The notes under the pieces are model-generated. The model ran no database searches. It saw nothing but the letters and a program-made list of their open reading frames with translations, and had not been told where the DNA came from. A DNA stretch of 32,000 nucleotides. Origin: Methanothermus fervidus DSM 2088 (GTDB lineage Archaea; Methanobacteriota; Methanobacteria; DSM-2088; Methanothermaceae). Shown here piece by piece: positions 8,978 through 17,782 of the stretch. Location of the stretch: contig CP002278.1 in the NCBI GenBank assembly GCA_000166095.1, positions 240,001-272,000 of the forward strand. The letters are read 5' to 3'. The stretch's first letter is position 1. The number at the start of each line of letters is the position of its first letter. Both the position numbers and the translations under genes were made by a program.

Positions 8978-9635
8978 TTTTTCTCACCTTTTCTGCATCA
9001 TCAAAACAATACTCATAAATGTGTGCAGAAATACTATGAATTGCTAATGGTCCAACTTTAATATTTAATTTATCAGATATATATTTCGCCAAGATAGCCA
9101 GTGCAGCGGCGTTAGGCAACCATGCTTGGTAAATATCATGACTTCTCCAGATACCTGTTGTATGTAGCTTGTTATTTCTTATTTTAAAATCAATTGAAAT
9201 CATACAAGGAACTTCCTCATTTTTAAAATCTATCTTAGGATCCCATGTCACTGCAGTAGCTCTTCTACTTTTCTTACATTTTTTCAAACGTTTTATAATA
9301 GCTTTAATTTGATCTACAGAAAAATGGTCTCTTAACCTATTACCATAAGTATAAACAAATCCTTTTTTATCTTTTTTCAAAAATTGATCTGTGTATTTTG
9401 AAAGTTTATCACCTCTCCAATAATAATCTTTAGGTATACTCAATAAAATTTCTTTGTTTGTAGATATAGGGAAAGGATAATTCTTAATTGGGTATTTAAC
9501 TATCGTTAATATATTCAATAATTCCTTTGTAATTTGTCCACGTTCATCTTTAATTTTATGTCCTTTTTCCATAACAAGGCTGACAAGTTTCTCCCATGCA
9601 TCGCTTATATTTTTTGCCTTAATTAGATATGGCAT
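8964..9635 (-). CDS. thyA: thymidylate synthase-like protein (short archaeal ThyA type)
   Basis: RRATAVTWDP...VPCMISIDFKIRNNKLHTTGIWRSHDIYQAWLPNAAALA carries the catalytic-Cys region of ThyA. It is 223 aa, like the methanogen ThyA homologues. Confidence 0.75.
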   Translation of the reverse strand: MPYLIKAKNISDAWEKLVSLVMEKGHKIKDERGQITKELLNILTIVKYPIKNYPFPISTNKEILLSIPKDYYWRGDKLSKYTDQFLKKDKKGFVYTYGNRLRDHFSVDQIKAIIKRLKKCKKSRRATAVTWDPKIDFKNEEVPCMISIDFKIRNNKLHTTGIWRSHDIYQAWLPNAAALAILAKYISDKLNIKVGPLAIHSISAHIYEYCFDDAEKVRKNGKR

Positions 9636-10542
9636 GTGCAGCTCTCACCATATTTTTTAATTTATTGAATGCAGACTCTCTTTTTAGGTTTCTTAATCCA
9701 CAATCAGGGTCAATGACCATGTTCTCTTTACCAATTAATTCTATACCTTTTAAAATTCTTTTTTTAATTTCTTCTACACTTTCGACTTTATTTGTTTTTG
9801 TATTTACACACCCAAATCCTATCTTTTTTCCTTTTAAATCTACATCTTCCAATATATTTAAATTTTCTTTTGTACCTGCAAATTCACAATCAATTATGTC
9901 CACATTAAATTCTAATAACTTCTCAAATATGTCAACAATTGATCCACAAACATGCAATGAAATCGGTATAGAAACTTCATCAGTTATTGTTTCTATAACT
10001 TTTTTTGCAGTTTTTATATTTACAATTCCTGTAGATAAAATTGGTTCATCTATTTGAATCATTGCTATATCTAACTTTTCTAAGAATTTTGCTTCTACTT
10101 TTAGAGCTTCAGCAATATCAAACATCAAATTTTCTTTTGATTTATAAAAACCTTCTATTTTTGATGAATAGGCAAGAGTACACGGGCCAGTAATTATACC
10201 TTTTACTTTAACATTTTTTTTGATTTTATTTTTAAGTTTAATAGCAAATTTTACATCCTCGACAGTTATAGGATTTTTTGGAGGCAGTATTTTTCCGTAT
10301 ACTATTGCACTACCATTTACAAAATCCATGCCAGGAATTTTTTTGGCAAATATTTCTATCATATTTCCTCTAACTTGGCCATCTGAAATTATATCAATAC
10401 CTGCTTTTATTTGATCAACAACAGCTAACTCAATAGCGGGTTTATATTTATCGTACATGCCAAAAATGTCCTGTATCTTTTCGATTAATGAAGTAGGACC
10501 CCTCGGATATGGAGGATAACTACCAACTACAGTTGTTAACAT
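9619..10542 (-). CDS. metE: core (C-terminal-domain-only) cobalamin-independent methionine synthase homologue
   Basis: MLTTVVGSYPPYPRG...ISDGQVRG...IQIDEPIL...HVCG...DPDCGL is the MetE catalytic-domain pattern including Zn ligands. GGGAGA SD is present. Confidence 0.75.
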   Translation of the reverse strand: MLTTVVGSYPPYPRGPTSLIEKIQDIFGMYDKYKPAIELAVVDQIKAGIDIISDGQVRGNMIEIFAKKIPGMDFVNGSAIVYGKILPPKNPITVEDVKFAIKLKNKIKKNVKVKGIITGPCTLAYSSKIEGFYKSKENLMFDIAEALKVEAKFLEKLDIAMIQIDEPILSTGIVNIKTAKKVIETITDEVSIPISLHVCGSIVDIFEKLLEFNVDIIDCEFAGTKENLNILEDVDLKGKKIGFGCVNTKTNKVESVEEIKKRILKGIELIGKENMVIDPDCGLRNLKRESAFNKLKNMVRAAHAISN

Positions 10543-10841
10543 TTTCTCCCAACTTTCTTAATATTTTCTAATTCTTTTCTATCAACAGGTAATTCAATAA
10601 CAAATGTACCATAACAAGGTTTTGTATAAGGTATCATTATTCTTTTATTTTTTTCATCTATGCCTATAGGAATAGGTGGTATACCTATAAGTCTTGTTCC
10701 CAAAATTTTCTCACCAGGATTGACACATAATACCTTAGCAGCTTTTTTCTTGATAAATTCAGCACAATCTTTAAATTTTGCATTTCTTAAATGTATTTCA
10801 TGTTCTACTTCTCTTAAATATAATTCTATACATGTAGACAT
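10536..10841 (-). CDS. small conserved hypothetical protein, 101 aa (possibly DUF1894, unverified)
   Basis: ATG 10839-10841 is preceded by GGATGGAG and lies 1 nt after the upstream stop. Its 3' end overlaps the metE start by 7 nt. The longer ORF-track start at 10874 lacks an SD. Confidence 0.5.
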   Translation of the reverse strand: MSTCIELYLREVEHEIHLRNAKFKDCAEFIKKKAAKVLCVNPGEKILGTRLIGIPPIPIGIDEKNKRIMIPYTKPCYGTFVIELPVDRKELENIKKVGRKC

Positions 10842-10842
10842 G

Positions 10843-11295
10843 TTACTCCATCCATTCGTCCATGAATGCATCAATTTTTTTTACTAAGGGTTTGGGGTTA
10901 TGACGGGCTCTTGCCTGAATTATTTTAGAGTTTGTATTATGTTTTATTGTTTCAACCAATTCTTTTAATTCTTTTTTATCTTCATTAAAAACAATAGACA
11001 AAGATCCAACATTTAATATTTCATTAAAAGTTATAAAATAAGTAGCAGATGCATCATTTGAAATAAAACCTATTAAATAATCCCATTTATTTTTCTCAAT
11101 TTCATGACTATCAATGTTTAACAATTTATCTATATATCTTCTCTCAGGATCTGAAATTTTTACTAAATTTAATGCTGCAGGATTTCCAGCAATGCTTACC
11201 TTACAATTTTTAATTTTTAATAAATAAGATGTATAAATTGTCAGTGGTGTTTGTATTGGATATTCAGGACATCCAAGCATAATTAATACTTTCAT
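10843..11295 (-). CDS. small conserved hypothetical protein, 150 aa (possibly DUF1890, unverified), flavodoxin-like N-terminus
   Basis: MKVLIMLGCPEYPIQTP...KVSIAGNPAAL suggests a beta-alpha nucleotide or cofactor-binding fold. ATG 11293-11295 overlaps the upstream stop (ATGA). Confidence 0.5.
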   Translation of the reverse strand: MKVLIMLGCPEYPIQTPLTIYTSYLLKIKNCKVSIAGNPAALNLVKISDPERRYIDKLLNIDSHEIEKNKWDYLIGFISNDASATYFITFNEILNVGSLSIVFNEDKKELKELVETIKHNTNSKIIQARARHNPKPLVKKIDAFMDEWME

Positions 11296-12371
11296 TTCTC
11301 ATCAACCTTTATAACTTGTCCTACTATAAGTGAACTTAAAAATATGAAAGTTAAAAGGGCTGATTCATTAATTGATCTATTTATTAAGAAAATTCCTACA
11401 AGACCTTGTGAAACAAAGGCCGTTAAAACACCTATAAGTAATATCTCTCTACCAAGATATCTTTTTATTCCACCCTCACGTTTTTTCTTATAAATTTTGA
11501 GTAGTCTTAGACCTAAGTATGTAACAGAGACAAACCATAGGAGGAAGAAAATTAATACTAAAAATCCGAAGTCATATCCCCATCCAAAGATACCTGGTAG
11601 CATATAATCTATTGTATCTTTTTCATTGACCAAAACGCCATAAAAAATTGGATAAGGTAAACCAAATTTGACTATTAATGTAATAGGTAATGTAATATAA
11701 CCATCAGCAAATCCAGAGGAAAATTCTCCCCAATAGGAAGTTGATGGATTATGACCTATTAAACCCATATTTTTAAGTACAAATTGCACACTAGGCAATG
11801 CATAATTTTCTATTCTTCCTATTCTAAGCAGAGGACTTAAAATTGGCATTTTAAATATACGTGATAACAATTCTAGGAGCATAAACATGGCTAGTGCGAT
11901 AGTTGTAAAACTTAATACTTTACGAGGAGTTATTATACTTTTTCCTCCAAATGATTTAGATATGATAAACATCCCTATAAACAATCCTAAAAACCAAAGC
12001 ACAAGAAATGATCTATGTATCATTCCACCAAAAATTGTAATACCTATTATCAATAAATAAATGAGTTCTCTAAGTTTTGAAGTTTCTATATTGAGTCTAT
12101 CCATTATTTTTAAACCAGCTAAACTTGTAATTATAACTGCAAGTGCTATAGGACCATAAGGATGTGTAAATTCATGTTGTCCAAAATATAAAATCATCAG
12201 GAGTACATCGATTCCAAACAATATTGTTAAAACTACTGCAAGAAACAGTGCTACAAGGAAGACTGTTGACAATGTTATAGGTGTTAAATTAATGAGAAAT
12301 ATTGCCCCAGCATAAAGTATGATGGCTACTTCTAAAATTAACTGAAAATGATTTTGTGCAATTAATGGCAA
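11292..12371 (-). CDS. polytopic membrane protein of unknown function (about 10 TM, no Cys)
   Basis: TTG start at 12369-12371 lies 5 nt after a perfect GGAGGT. There are ten or so hydrophobic segments and one large loop (...RIENYALPSVQFVLKNMGLIGHNPSTSYWGEFSSGFADGY...). Confidence 0.65.
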   Translation of the reverse strand: MPLIAQNHFQLILEVAIILYAGAIFLINLTPITLSTVFLVALFLAVVLTILFGIDVLLMILYFGQHEFTHPYGPIALAVIITSLAGLKIMDRLNIETSKLRELIYLLIIGITIFGGMIHRSFLVLWFLGLFIGMFIISKSFGGKSIITPRKVLSFTTIALAMFMLLELLSRIFKMPILSPLLRIGRIENYALPSVQFVLKNMGLIGHNPSTSYWGEFSSGFADGYITLPITLIVKFGLPYPIFYGVLVNEKDTIDYMLPGIFGWGYDFGFLVLIFFLLWFVSVTYLGLRLLKIYKKKREGGIKRYLGREILLIGVLTAFVSQGLVGIFLINRSINESALLTFIFLSSLIVGQVIKVDEK

Positions 12372-12437
12372 GCTTTACCTCCCTTTTTTAGTTTTTGAAT
12401 GATAAATTTTTATTTGCAAAACATTTAATTTGTGTCC

Positions 12438-12471
12438 AAATTTAAATATTTTTTGTGAAATATTTAAATTT
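12438..12471. repeat. perfect 14-bp inverted repeat AAATTTAAATATTT-N6-AAATATTTAAATTT in the divergent por / membrane-protein intergenic region
   Basis: Arms at 12438-12451 and 12458-12471 are exact reverse complements, with spacer TTTGTG. Each arm contains a TATA-like TTTAAATA. A regulatory role is inferred only. Confidence 0.5.
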
Positions 12472-12562
12472 ATAAGCAATAGTTCATTAAAAATAATGTA
12501 AAATTAAAATTTTAAAATTGTTAAATAAAATGTAATAACGAGGCTAATTTTGGAGGTGAAGG

Positions 12563-13090
12563 ATGATCGAAATTAGATTCCATGGACGAGGAGGTCAGGG
12601 GGCTGTCACTGCTGCCGAAATTTTAGCAAAGGCTGCATTTTACGATGGTAAATATTCCCAGGCATTTCCGTTTTTTGGTGTAGAGAGGAGAGGCGCACCT
12701 GTGTTGGCTTTTGTTAGAATTGATAATAAACCCATAAGAATAAGATATCAAGTTTACAAGCCTAATTATGTGATTGTTTTAGATGATAAATTAGTTGAAA
12801 GTGTAGATGTATTTAAAGGTTTACATGAACCTGCTGTTGTGGTTATAAATTCTAAAAATGAAATTAAAAAAGAAGGTGTTAAAATTTATTCTGTAGATGC
12901 TACAAATATAGCTTTAGAAACTCTTGGCAGCCCCATAGTTAATACTGCAATGTTAGGTGCATTTGTAGGTGCAACAAAAATAATAAAACTTGATTCCCTC
13001 ATAAAAGCGATTAAAAATAGTTTTAAAGATAAAATAGGAGAAAAAAATGCTAAAGCAGCTGTAAAAGGCTATGAGAGCGTTGTAGGGTGA
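12563..13090 (+). CDS. porC: pyruvate:ferredoxin oxidoreductase, gamma subunit
   Basis: [26 protein letters not shown]...[10 protein letters not shown] is seen. GGAGGTGA SD is present. This is the first gene of a gamma-delta-alpha-beta-E-F series. Confidence 0.9.
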
Positions 13091-13094
13091 TTCT

Positions 13095-13337
13095 GTGAAA
13101 TTTATAGGAGTGATAGTTGATAAACCAGGAAGCACGATAAAAAATAAAACAGGTTCTTGGAGAGTGTTTAAACCAATTTTGAATAAAAAGAAGTGTATAA
13201 AATGTAACACATGTATATTGTTCTGTCCTGAAGGTTGTATAGATGAAAATCATGAAATCAACTATGATTATTGTAAAGGATGTGGAATATGTGAAGAAGA
13301 ATGTCCTGTAAATGCTATAAAAACTGTAAAGGAGTAG
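13095..13337 (+). CDS. porD: pyruvate:ferredoxin oxidoreductase, delta subunit (2x[4Fe-4S])
   Basis: GTG start lies after AGGGTGA. There are two ferredoxin motifs, [12 protein letters not shown] and [12 protein letters not shown]. Confidence 0.9.
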   Translation: MKFIGVIVDKPGSTIKNKTGSWRVFKPILNKKKCIKCNTCILFCPEGCIDENHEINYDYCKGCGICEEECPVNAIKTVKE

Positions 13338-13347
13338 GAGGACAAAC

Positions 13348-14484
13348 ATGGAAATAATGACAGGAAATAAAGCTGTAGCTGAAGCTGTAAAGCTAGCAAA
13401 ACCAAAAGTAATTTCTGTGTATCCAATAACACCACAAACAACAATAGCAGAACACATTGCTGAATATGTGGCAAACGGAGAATTAGATGCAGAATATGTA
13501 AAAGTTGAATCTGAACATAGTGCAATTAGTGTGTGTGTAGGGGCATCAAGCACAGGAGTTAGAACCTTTACAGCAACTTCTTCACAAGGTTTAGCATTGA
13601 TGCATGAAATCCTATTTATAGCTGCAGGTCTTCGTACACCTATTGTTTTGGCAAATGCAAATAGATCTCTTTCAGCACCTATCAACATATGGAACGATCA
13701 CCAGGATAGCATAGCAGAAAGAGATAGTGGATGGCTACAATTTTATGTGGAAAACGCTCAAGAAGCACTTGATTTTACTTTAATTGCATATAAAGTTTCA
13801 GAAAACAAAGATGTTTTACTTCCTAGTATGGTATGTCTCGATGGCTTTATTTTAACCCATACAATGGAACCAGTCGCTGTACCATCACAAAAAGATGTTG
13901 ATAATTTCTTGCCAAGTTATAAACCAGAAGTATTTTTAGATCCCGACAATCCTGTAACTATTGGTGCAGTAGCAGATCCTAATTATTATATGGAAGCTAG
14001 ATATCAGATTGAAGTTGGAATGAAAAAATCGCTTAATGTGATACACAAGGCTAATAAAGAATTTAAAAAAATTTTTGGTCGTAAATATGGTTTTGTAGAA
14101 GAATACAGATGTGACGATGCAAAAATTGTATTGGTGGCAATGGGCTCTGTGTGTGGTACAATTAAAGAAGTTGTAGATAAAATGCGTGAAAAAGGCGAGA
14201 AAGTAGGATTACTTAAAGTGATTGTTTATAGGCCATTCCCAGTGAAAGAAATAGAAAAGGTTCTGAACGATGTTGATAAGATAGGAGTAATTGATAAAAA
14301 TGTAACTTTCAGTATGGGAGGTGCTCTATACACAGATCTCAAATCTAAACTTTCTGATAAAGAAATATATGGATTTATAGCTGGACTAGGTGGTAGAGAT
14401 ATTACTCCAAATAATATTAAAGAAATAATTGAAAAAACCAAGAATCCAAGAGAAGATGTAACATGGATAGGATTAAAGAGGTGA
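13348..14484 (+). CDS. porA: pyruvate:ferredoxin oxidoreductase, alpha subunit
   Basis: [26 protein letters not shown]...ESEHSAIS...[13 protein letters not shown] is seen. GGAGGA SD is present. Confidence 0.92.
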   Translation: MEIMTGNKAVAEAVKLAKPKVISVYPITPQTTIAEHIAEYVANGELDAEYVKVESEHSAISVCVGASSTGVRTFTATSSQGLALMHEILFIAAGLRTPIVLANANRSLSAPINIWNDHQDSIAERDSGWLQFYVENAQEALDFTLIAYKVSENKDVLLPSMVCLDGFILTHTMEPVAVPSQKDVDNFLPSYKPEVFLDPDNPVTIGAVADPNYYMEARYQIEVGMKKSLNVIHKANKEFKKIFGRKYGFVEEYRCDDAKIVLVAMGSVCGTIKEVVDKMREKGEKVGLLKVIVYRPFPVKEIEKVLNDVDKIGVIDKNVTFSMGGALYTDLKSKLSDKEIYGFIAGLGGRDITPNNIKEIIEKTKNPREDVTWIGLKR

Positions 14485-14488
14485 AAAC

Positions 14489-15349
14489 ATGAATGAAAAA
14501 GAATTGTTGGCACCAGGACATAGAGGATGTGCAGGTTGCGGTGCCGCCATTGGTGTCAAATTAGCTTTGAGAGTATTAGGCAAAAATACCATTGCTGTTA
14601 CTCCTACAGGTTGTTTAGAAGTCATGACATCCCCATACCCTGAAACAGCATGGAGAATACCATGGATTCACGTTGCATTTGAAAATGCAGCCGCAGTAGC
14701 TGCAGGAGTTGAAAGTGCATTGAAGGCCAAAGGTAAAGATGACATTAATGTTGTAGTTTTTGCAGGAGACGGTGGGACAGTTGATATTGGAATGCAGGCA
14801 TTGTCAGGAGCAATGGAAAGAGGTCATAATATAATTTACGTTTGTTATGATAACGAAGCTTATATGAACACCGGTATACAAAGAAGTGGTGCAACGCCTT
14901 TTGGGGCATCTACTACTACAACGCCACCTGGAAAAAAAAGTTTTGGTGAAAATAAACAAAAAAAGAATATGGCATTAATAATGGCAGCACATGAGATACC
15001 TTATGTAGCTACAGCTTCTATATCTTATCCTGAAGATTATATGAGAAAAGTAAAAAAGGCTATGGAGATAGATAGGCCATCATATATTCACTTGCATCAA
15101 CCATGTACAACTGGTTGGAGATTTCCACCTTCAAAAACTATAGAAGTTGGAAGATTAGCAGTGGAAAGTGGAGCATGGTTGTTATATGAAATAGAAAATG
15201 GTGAATTTAGGATAACTTACAGACCAGTGGAAAGACGGCCGGTTAAAGAATATTTGAAGATGCAGGGAAGATTTAAACATTTAACAGATGAAGAGATACA
15301 AAAAATCCAAGATTACATCGATGAAGTTTGTTCTAAGTTAAGAATATGA
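14489..15349 (+). CDS. porB: pyruvate:ferredoxin oxidoreductase, beta subunit (TPP-binding)
   Basis: GHRGCAGCG and the TPP motif [11 protein letters not shown]...[10 protein letters not shown] are seen. GAGGTGA SD is present. Confidence 0.92.
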   Translation: MNEKELLAPGHRGCAGCGAAIGVKLALRVLGKNTIAVTPTGCLEVMTSPYPETAWRIPWIHVAFENAAAVAAGVESALKAKGKDDINVVVFAGDGGTVDIGMQALSGAMERGHNIIYVCYDNEAYMNTGIQRSGATPFGASTTTTPPGKKSFGENKQKKNMALIMAAHEIPYVATASISYPEDYMRKVKKAMEIDRPSYIHLHQPCTTGWRFPPSKTIEVGRLAVESGAWLLYEIENGEFRITYRPVERRPVKEYLKMQGRFKHLTDEEIQKIQDYIDEVCSKLRI

Positions 15350-15371
15350 TATGAGAAGGATGTGATATAAA

Positions 15372-15866
15372 TTGAAGAGAATAGTTATTAAGCCCGAACT
15401 TTGTAAAGGTTGCAGTATGTGTATGAGAGCTTGTATGAAAGTGCAACATGCACCAAACATATCTGTTAAAAAAATTGATGGAGAATTTAGAATTGTAGTA
15501 TGTCATCATTGTAAGAATGCACCATGTGTTGAAGCTTGTCCAACAGGAGCAATGAAAATAAATTACGTAGACACAGATAAGTGTATTGGTTGTGGTTCCT
15601 GTGCATTGGAATGTCCTTTTGGTGCAATATCCATAAAGAACAATGTAGCCCACAAATGTAATTTATGTGATAATTTAGATTATCCAGCTTGTGTTCGAGC
15701 ATGTCCAACTAAAGCTTTAACATTGATAGACGTAGAAAAATTCATAAAACGTAAAAAAGAAGAATATTTAAATAAAATAAAAAAAGTAGGGAGCTATACA
15801 ATTTTGGATGTTTTAAAATTTGAAGTTAAGGCTAAGAAAAATCTTGAATCTTCGGAGGCAAAATAA
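15372..15866 (+). CDS. porE: polyferredoxin-like accessory protein of Por
   Basis: TTG start lies after GAAGGATGTGA. There are multiple CxxCxxCxxxCP clusters. Its position after porB matches the porCDABEF operon described in Methanococcus maripaludis. Confidence 0.75.
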   Translation: MKRIVIKPELCKGCSMCMRACMKVQHAPNISVKKIDGEFRIVVCHHCKNAPCVEACPTGAMKINYVDTDKCIGCGSCALECPFGAISIKNNVAHKCNLCDNLDYPACVRACPTKALTLIDVEKFIKRKKEEYLNKIKKVGSYTILDVLKFEVKAKKNLESSEAK

Positions 15867-16253
15867 TTGAAGTTGATATCAGTTCCCAAACTTTGTGTAA
15901 ATTGCAAAAAATGTGAAAGAATATGTCCCAAAAATGCAATTTGGGTTATATATAAAGTTCCTATTTTTTGTTTACATTGTGATCCTAAGAATGCTCCATG
16001 TCTAAACATTTGTCCAAGTGACGCAATAAAAAGTATTAATGATGCAATAGTAATTGATAGAGATAAATGTATAGGTTGTGGTTCCTGTGTTAATGTCTGC
16101 CCAGTTGGGGCAATATTTCTAGATGAAAGAGGCCTTGCAGAAAAATGTGATTTATGTATAGATTTTGAGGAGCCTTTATGTGTTAAAGTTTGTCCAACAG
16201 GTTGTCTTCGTGAAAATTTCAGTGATGAAGATGATATCCCAAAAAACGATTGA
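15867..16253 (+). CDS. porF: polyferredoxin-like accessory protein of Por
   Basis: TTG start immediately follows the porE stop and lies 7 nt after GGAGGC. Clusters seen include [24 protein letters not shown] and CDLC...CVKVCP. Confidence 0.75.
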   Translation: MKLISVPKLCVNCKKCERICPKNAIWVIYKVPIFCLHCDPKNAPCLNICPSDAIKSINDAIVIDRDKCIGCGSCVNVCPVGAIFLDERGLAEKCDLCIDFEEPLCVKVCPTGCLRENFSDEDDIPKND

Positions 16254-17064
16254 AGAAACCGTTGTAAAATTATTTAAAAAAGCCGTAACTACATTACCGG
16301 AAGACGTGGTTTCTGCGCTAAAACGTGCATATGAAAATGAAAATAATAAAATAGCACGTTATAATCTTAAAGCAATACTTGAAAATATAGAAATAGCAAG
16401 GAAGAAAAAGATACCTATTTGTCAAGATACCGGATTACCTATAGTTTATGTCAAATTAGGTAATGTTGAAGTTGAAAATCTTTATGAAAGTATAAGAAAT
16501 GGTGTTAAAAAAGCGACAAAAGAAATTCCATTAAGGCCAAATGTAGTAAATCCTTTCACAAGGAAAAATACAGGGACTAATGTTGGATATAGAATTCCAG
16601 AGATAGAATTAGAATTAATTGATGAAGATTATTTAGAAATCACAGTTTTACCAAAAGGCTTTGGATCTGAGAATAATAGTGCATTAAAAATGCTTTCACC
16701 AAATGAACAAGATAAAATAAAGGATTTTGTTTTAGAAACTGTTATTTCTGCAAATGGAAAACCTTGTCCGCCAATTATAGTAGGAGTTGGAATAGGAGGA
16801 TCAGCAGATTATGCCATGAAACTTGCCAAAAAATCACTTTTACGAAGAATTGGTGAAAAACATGAAGATAACGTTGTTAAAAAAATGGAAGAAGAATTAT
16901 TAAATATAATAAATAAAACAGGGATCGGACCAATGGGGCTTGGAGGCAATACAACTGCATTAGATGTCAAGATAGAATATGCTGACACTCATACAGCCGG
17001 TTTACCAGTTGGTGTTTGTATCCAATGTTGGGCTGCAAGACATGCAACTGCTATTATAGATTAA
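16231..17064 (+). CDS. fumA: class I fumarate hydratase, alpha (N-terminal domain) subunit
   Basis: [16 protein letters not shown]...[13 protein letters not shown]...[11 protein letters not shown]...[10 protein letters not shown] is seen. The start is taken as ATG 16231 (GTGAT 4 nt upstream), with ATG 16225 as an alternative. Either start overlaps the porF 3' end. The ORF-track start at 16165 is rejected. Confidence 0.85.
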   Translation: MISQKTIEETVVKLFKKAVTTLPEDVVSALKRAYENENNKIARYNLKAILENIEIARKKKIPICQDTGLPIVYVKLGNVEVENLYESIRNGVKKATKEIPLRPNVVNPFTRKNTGTNVGYRIPEIELELIDEDYLEITVLPKGFGSENNSALKMLSPNEQDKIKDFVLETVISANGKPCPPIIVGVGIGGSADYAMKLAKKSLLRRIGEKHEDNVVKKMEEELLNIINKTGIGPMGLGGNTTALDVKIEYADTHTAGLPVGVCIQCWAARHATAIID

Positions 17065-17753
17065 GCACTTTCTTCTCTCTCTGCTCTTTTTCCGCGCACC
17101 ATAAACACAGTTCTGTGACCTATACTTACAGCTTGATCTGCAATCCTCTCCAAATATCTTGCTATTAATATTAACCTTAACAGACAATATATTGATTCTT
17201 TATTTTTAACTTTACTTATACTCTCTGCAATATGTTCTAATGATTTATCAAATAAATCATCTACTTTGTCGTCATCTTTGTCTAATTCCTCAGCCATTTC
17301 AGAATTTTGATCTAAAAATGAGTAAATAGCTTTAGATAACATCATTTCAGTGTAATCAGCCATATGTAATATGTCTTCTCTTATTTTTTTTGGTATTTTC
17401 TTTTCCTTTCCTTTCATTTCTGCTACTGCCTCTGCAATATCTGCTGATAAATAACCCACTCTTTTTAAATGGGTTCCTATTTTTATACAAGATTCTATAA
17501 AACGTAAATCACTTGCTAACGGTTGTTCAGTAGCTATCAAATTTATACATGCTTTTTCAACACCATACAATATATCATCCATTCTTTCGCTACTTTCTAT
17601 TATTTTTTCGGCAGTTTTTTCATTTTTCCCTTGTAAAACTTTTATAGCATTTCTATATATATCTAATGTTTTTTGAGAAGCTTTTTCTACATTATTTTTT
17701 ATATCTTTTATTTTTTCACGAAAAGAAATACGCGGATACTTTTTTTCTGCCAT
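17061..17753 (-). CDS. phoU: phosphate uptake regulator PhoU
   Basis: There are two PhoU repeats with E/D..D motifs (LASDLRF..., DDKVDDLF..., [10 protein letters not shown]). GGAGGAG SD is present. It lies directly downstream of pstB. Confidence 0.85.
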   Translation of the reverse strand: MAEKKYPRISFREKIKDIKNNVEKASQKTLDIYRNAIKVLQGKNEKTAEKIIESSERMDDILYGVEKACINLIATEQPLASDLRFIESCIKIGTHLKRVGYLSADIAEAVAEMKGKEKKIPKKIREDILHMADYTEMMLSKAIYSFLDQNSEMAEELDKDDDKVDDLFDKSLEHIAESISKVKNKESIYCLLRLILIARYLERIADQAVSIGHRTVFMVRGKRAEREESA

Positions 17754-17782
17754 ACTACTCCTCCAAATTTTTACAAATTAAT

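Noticed and set aside
13050-13688. A 212-aa minus-strand ORF (and the 85-aa ORFs at 12953-13210 and 13268-13525) overlapping porC, porD and porA.
   Set aside because: They are antisense shadows of strongly recognisable por genes. They have low-complexity Cys/Phe/Thr/Leu-rich translations, no SD and no motif.
16223-16229. GTGATGA resembling a C-box of a C/D box sRNA.
   Set aside because: No CTGA D or D' box lies within the following 70 nt or so. The site lies inside the porF/fumA coding overlap and doubles as a plausible SD.
16165-16230. The upstream extension of the fumA ORF deep into porF.
   Set aside because: It is out-of-frame read-through within porF, with no similarity to fumarase N-termini. 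The internal ATGs at 16225 and 16231 fit better.
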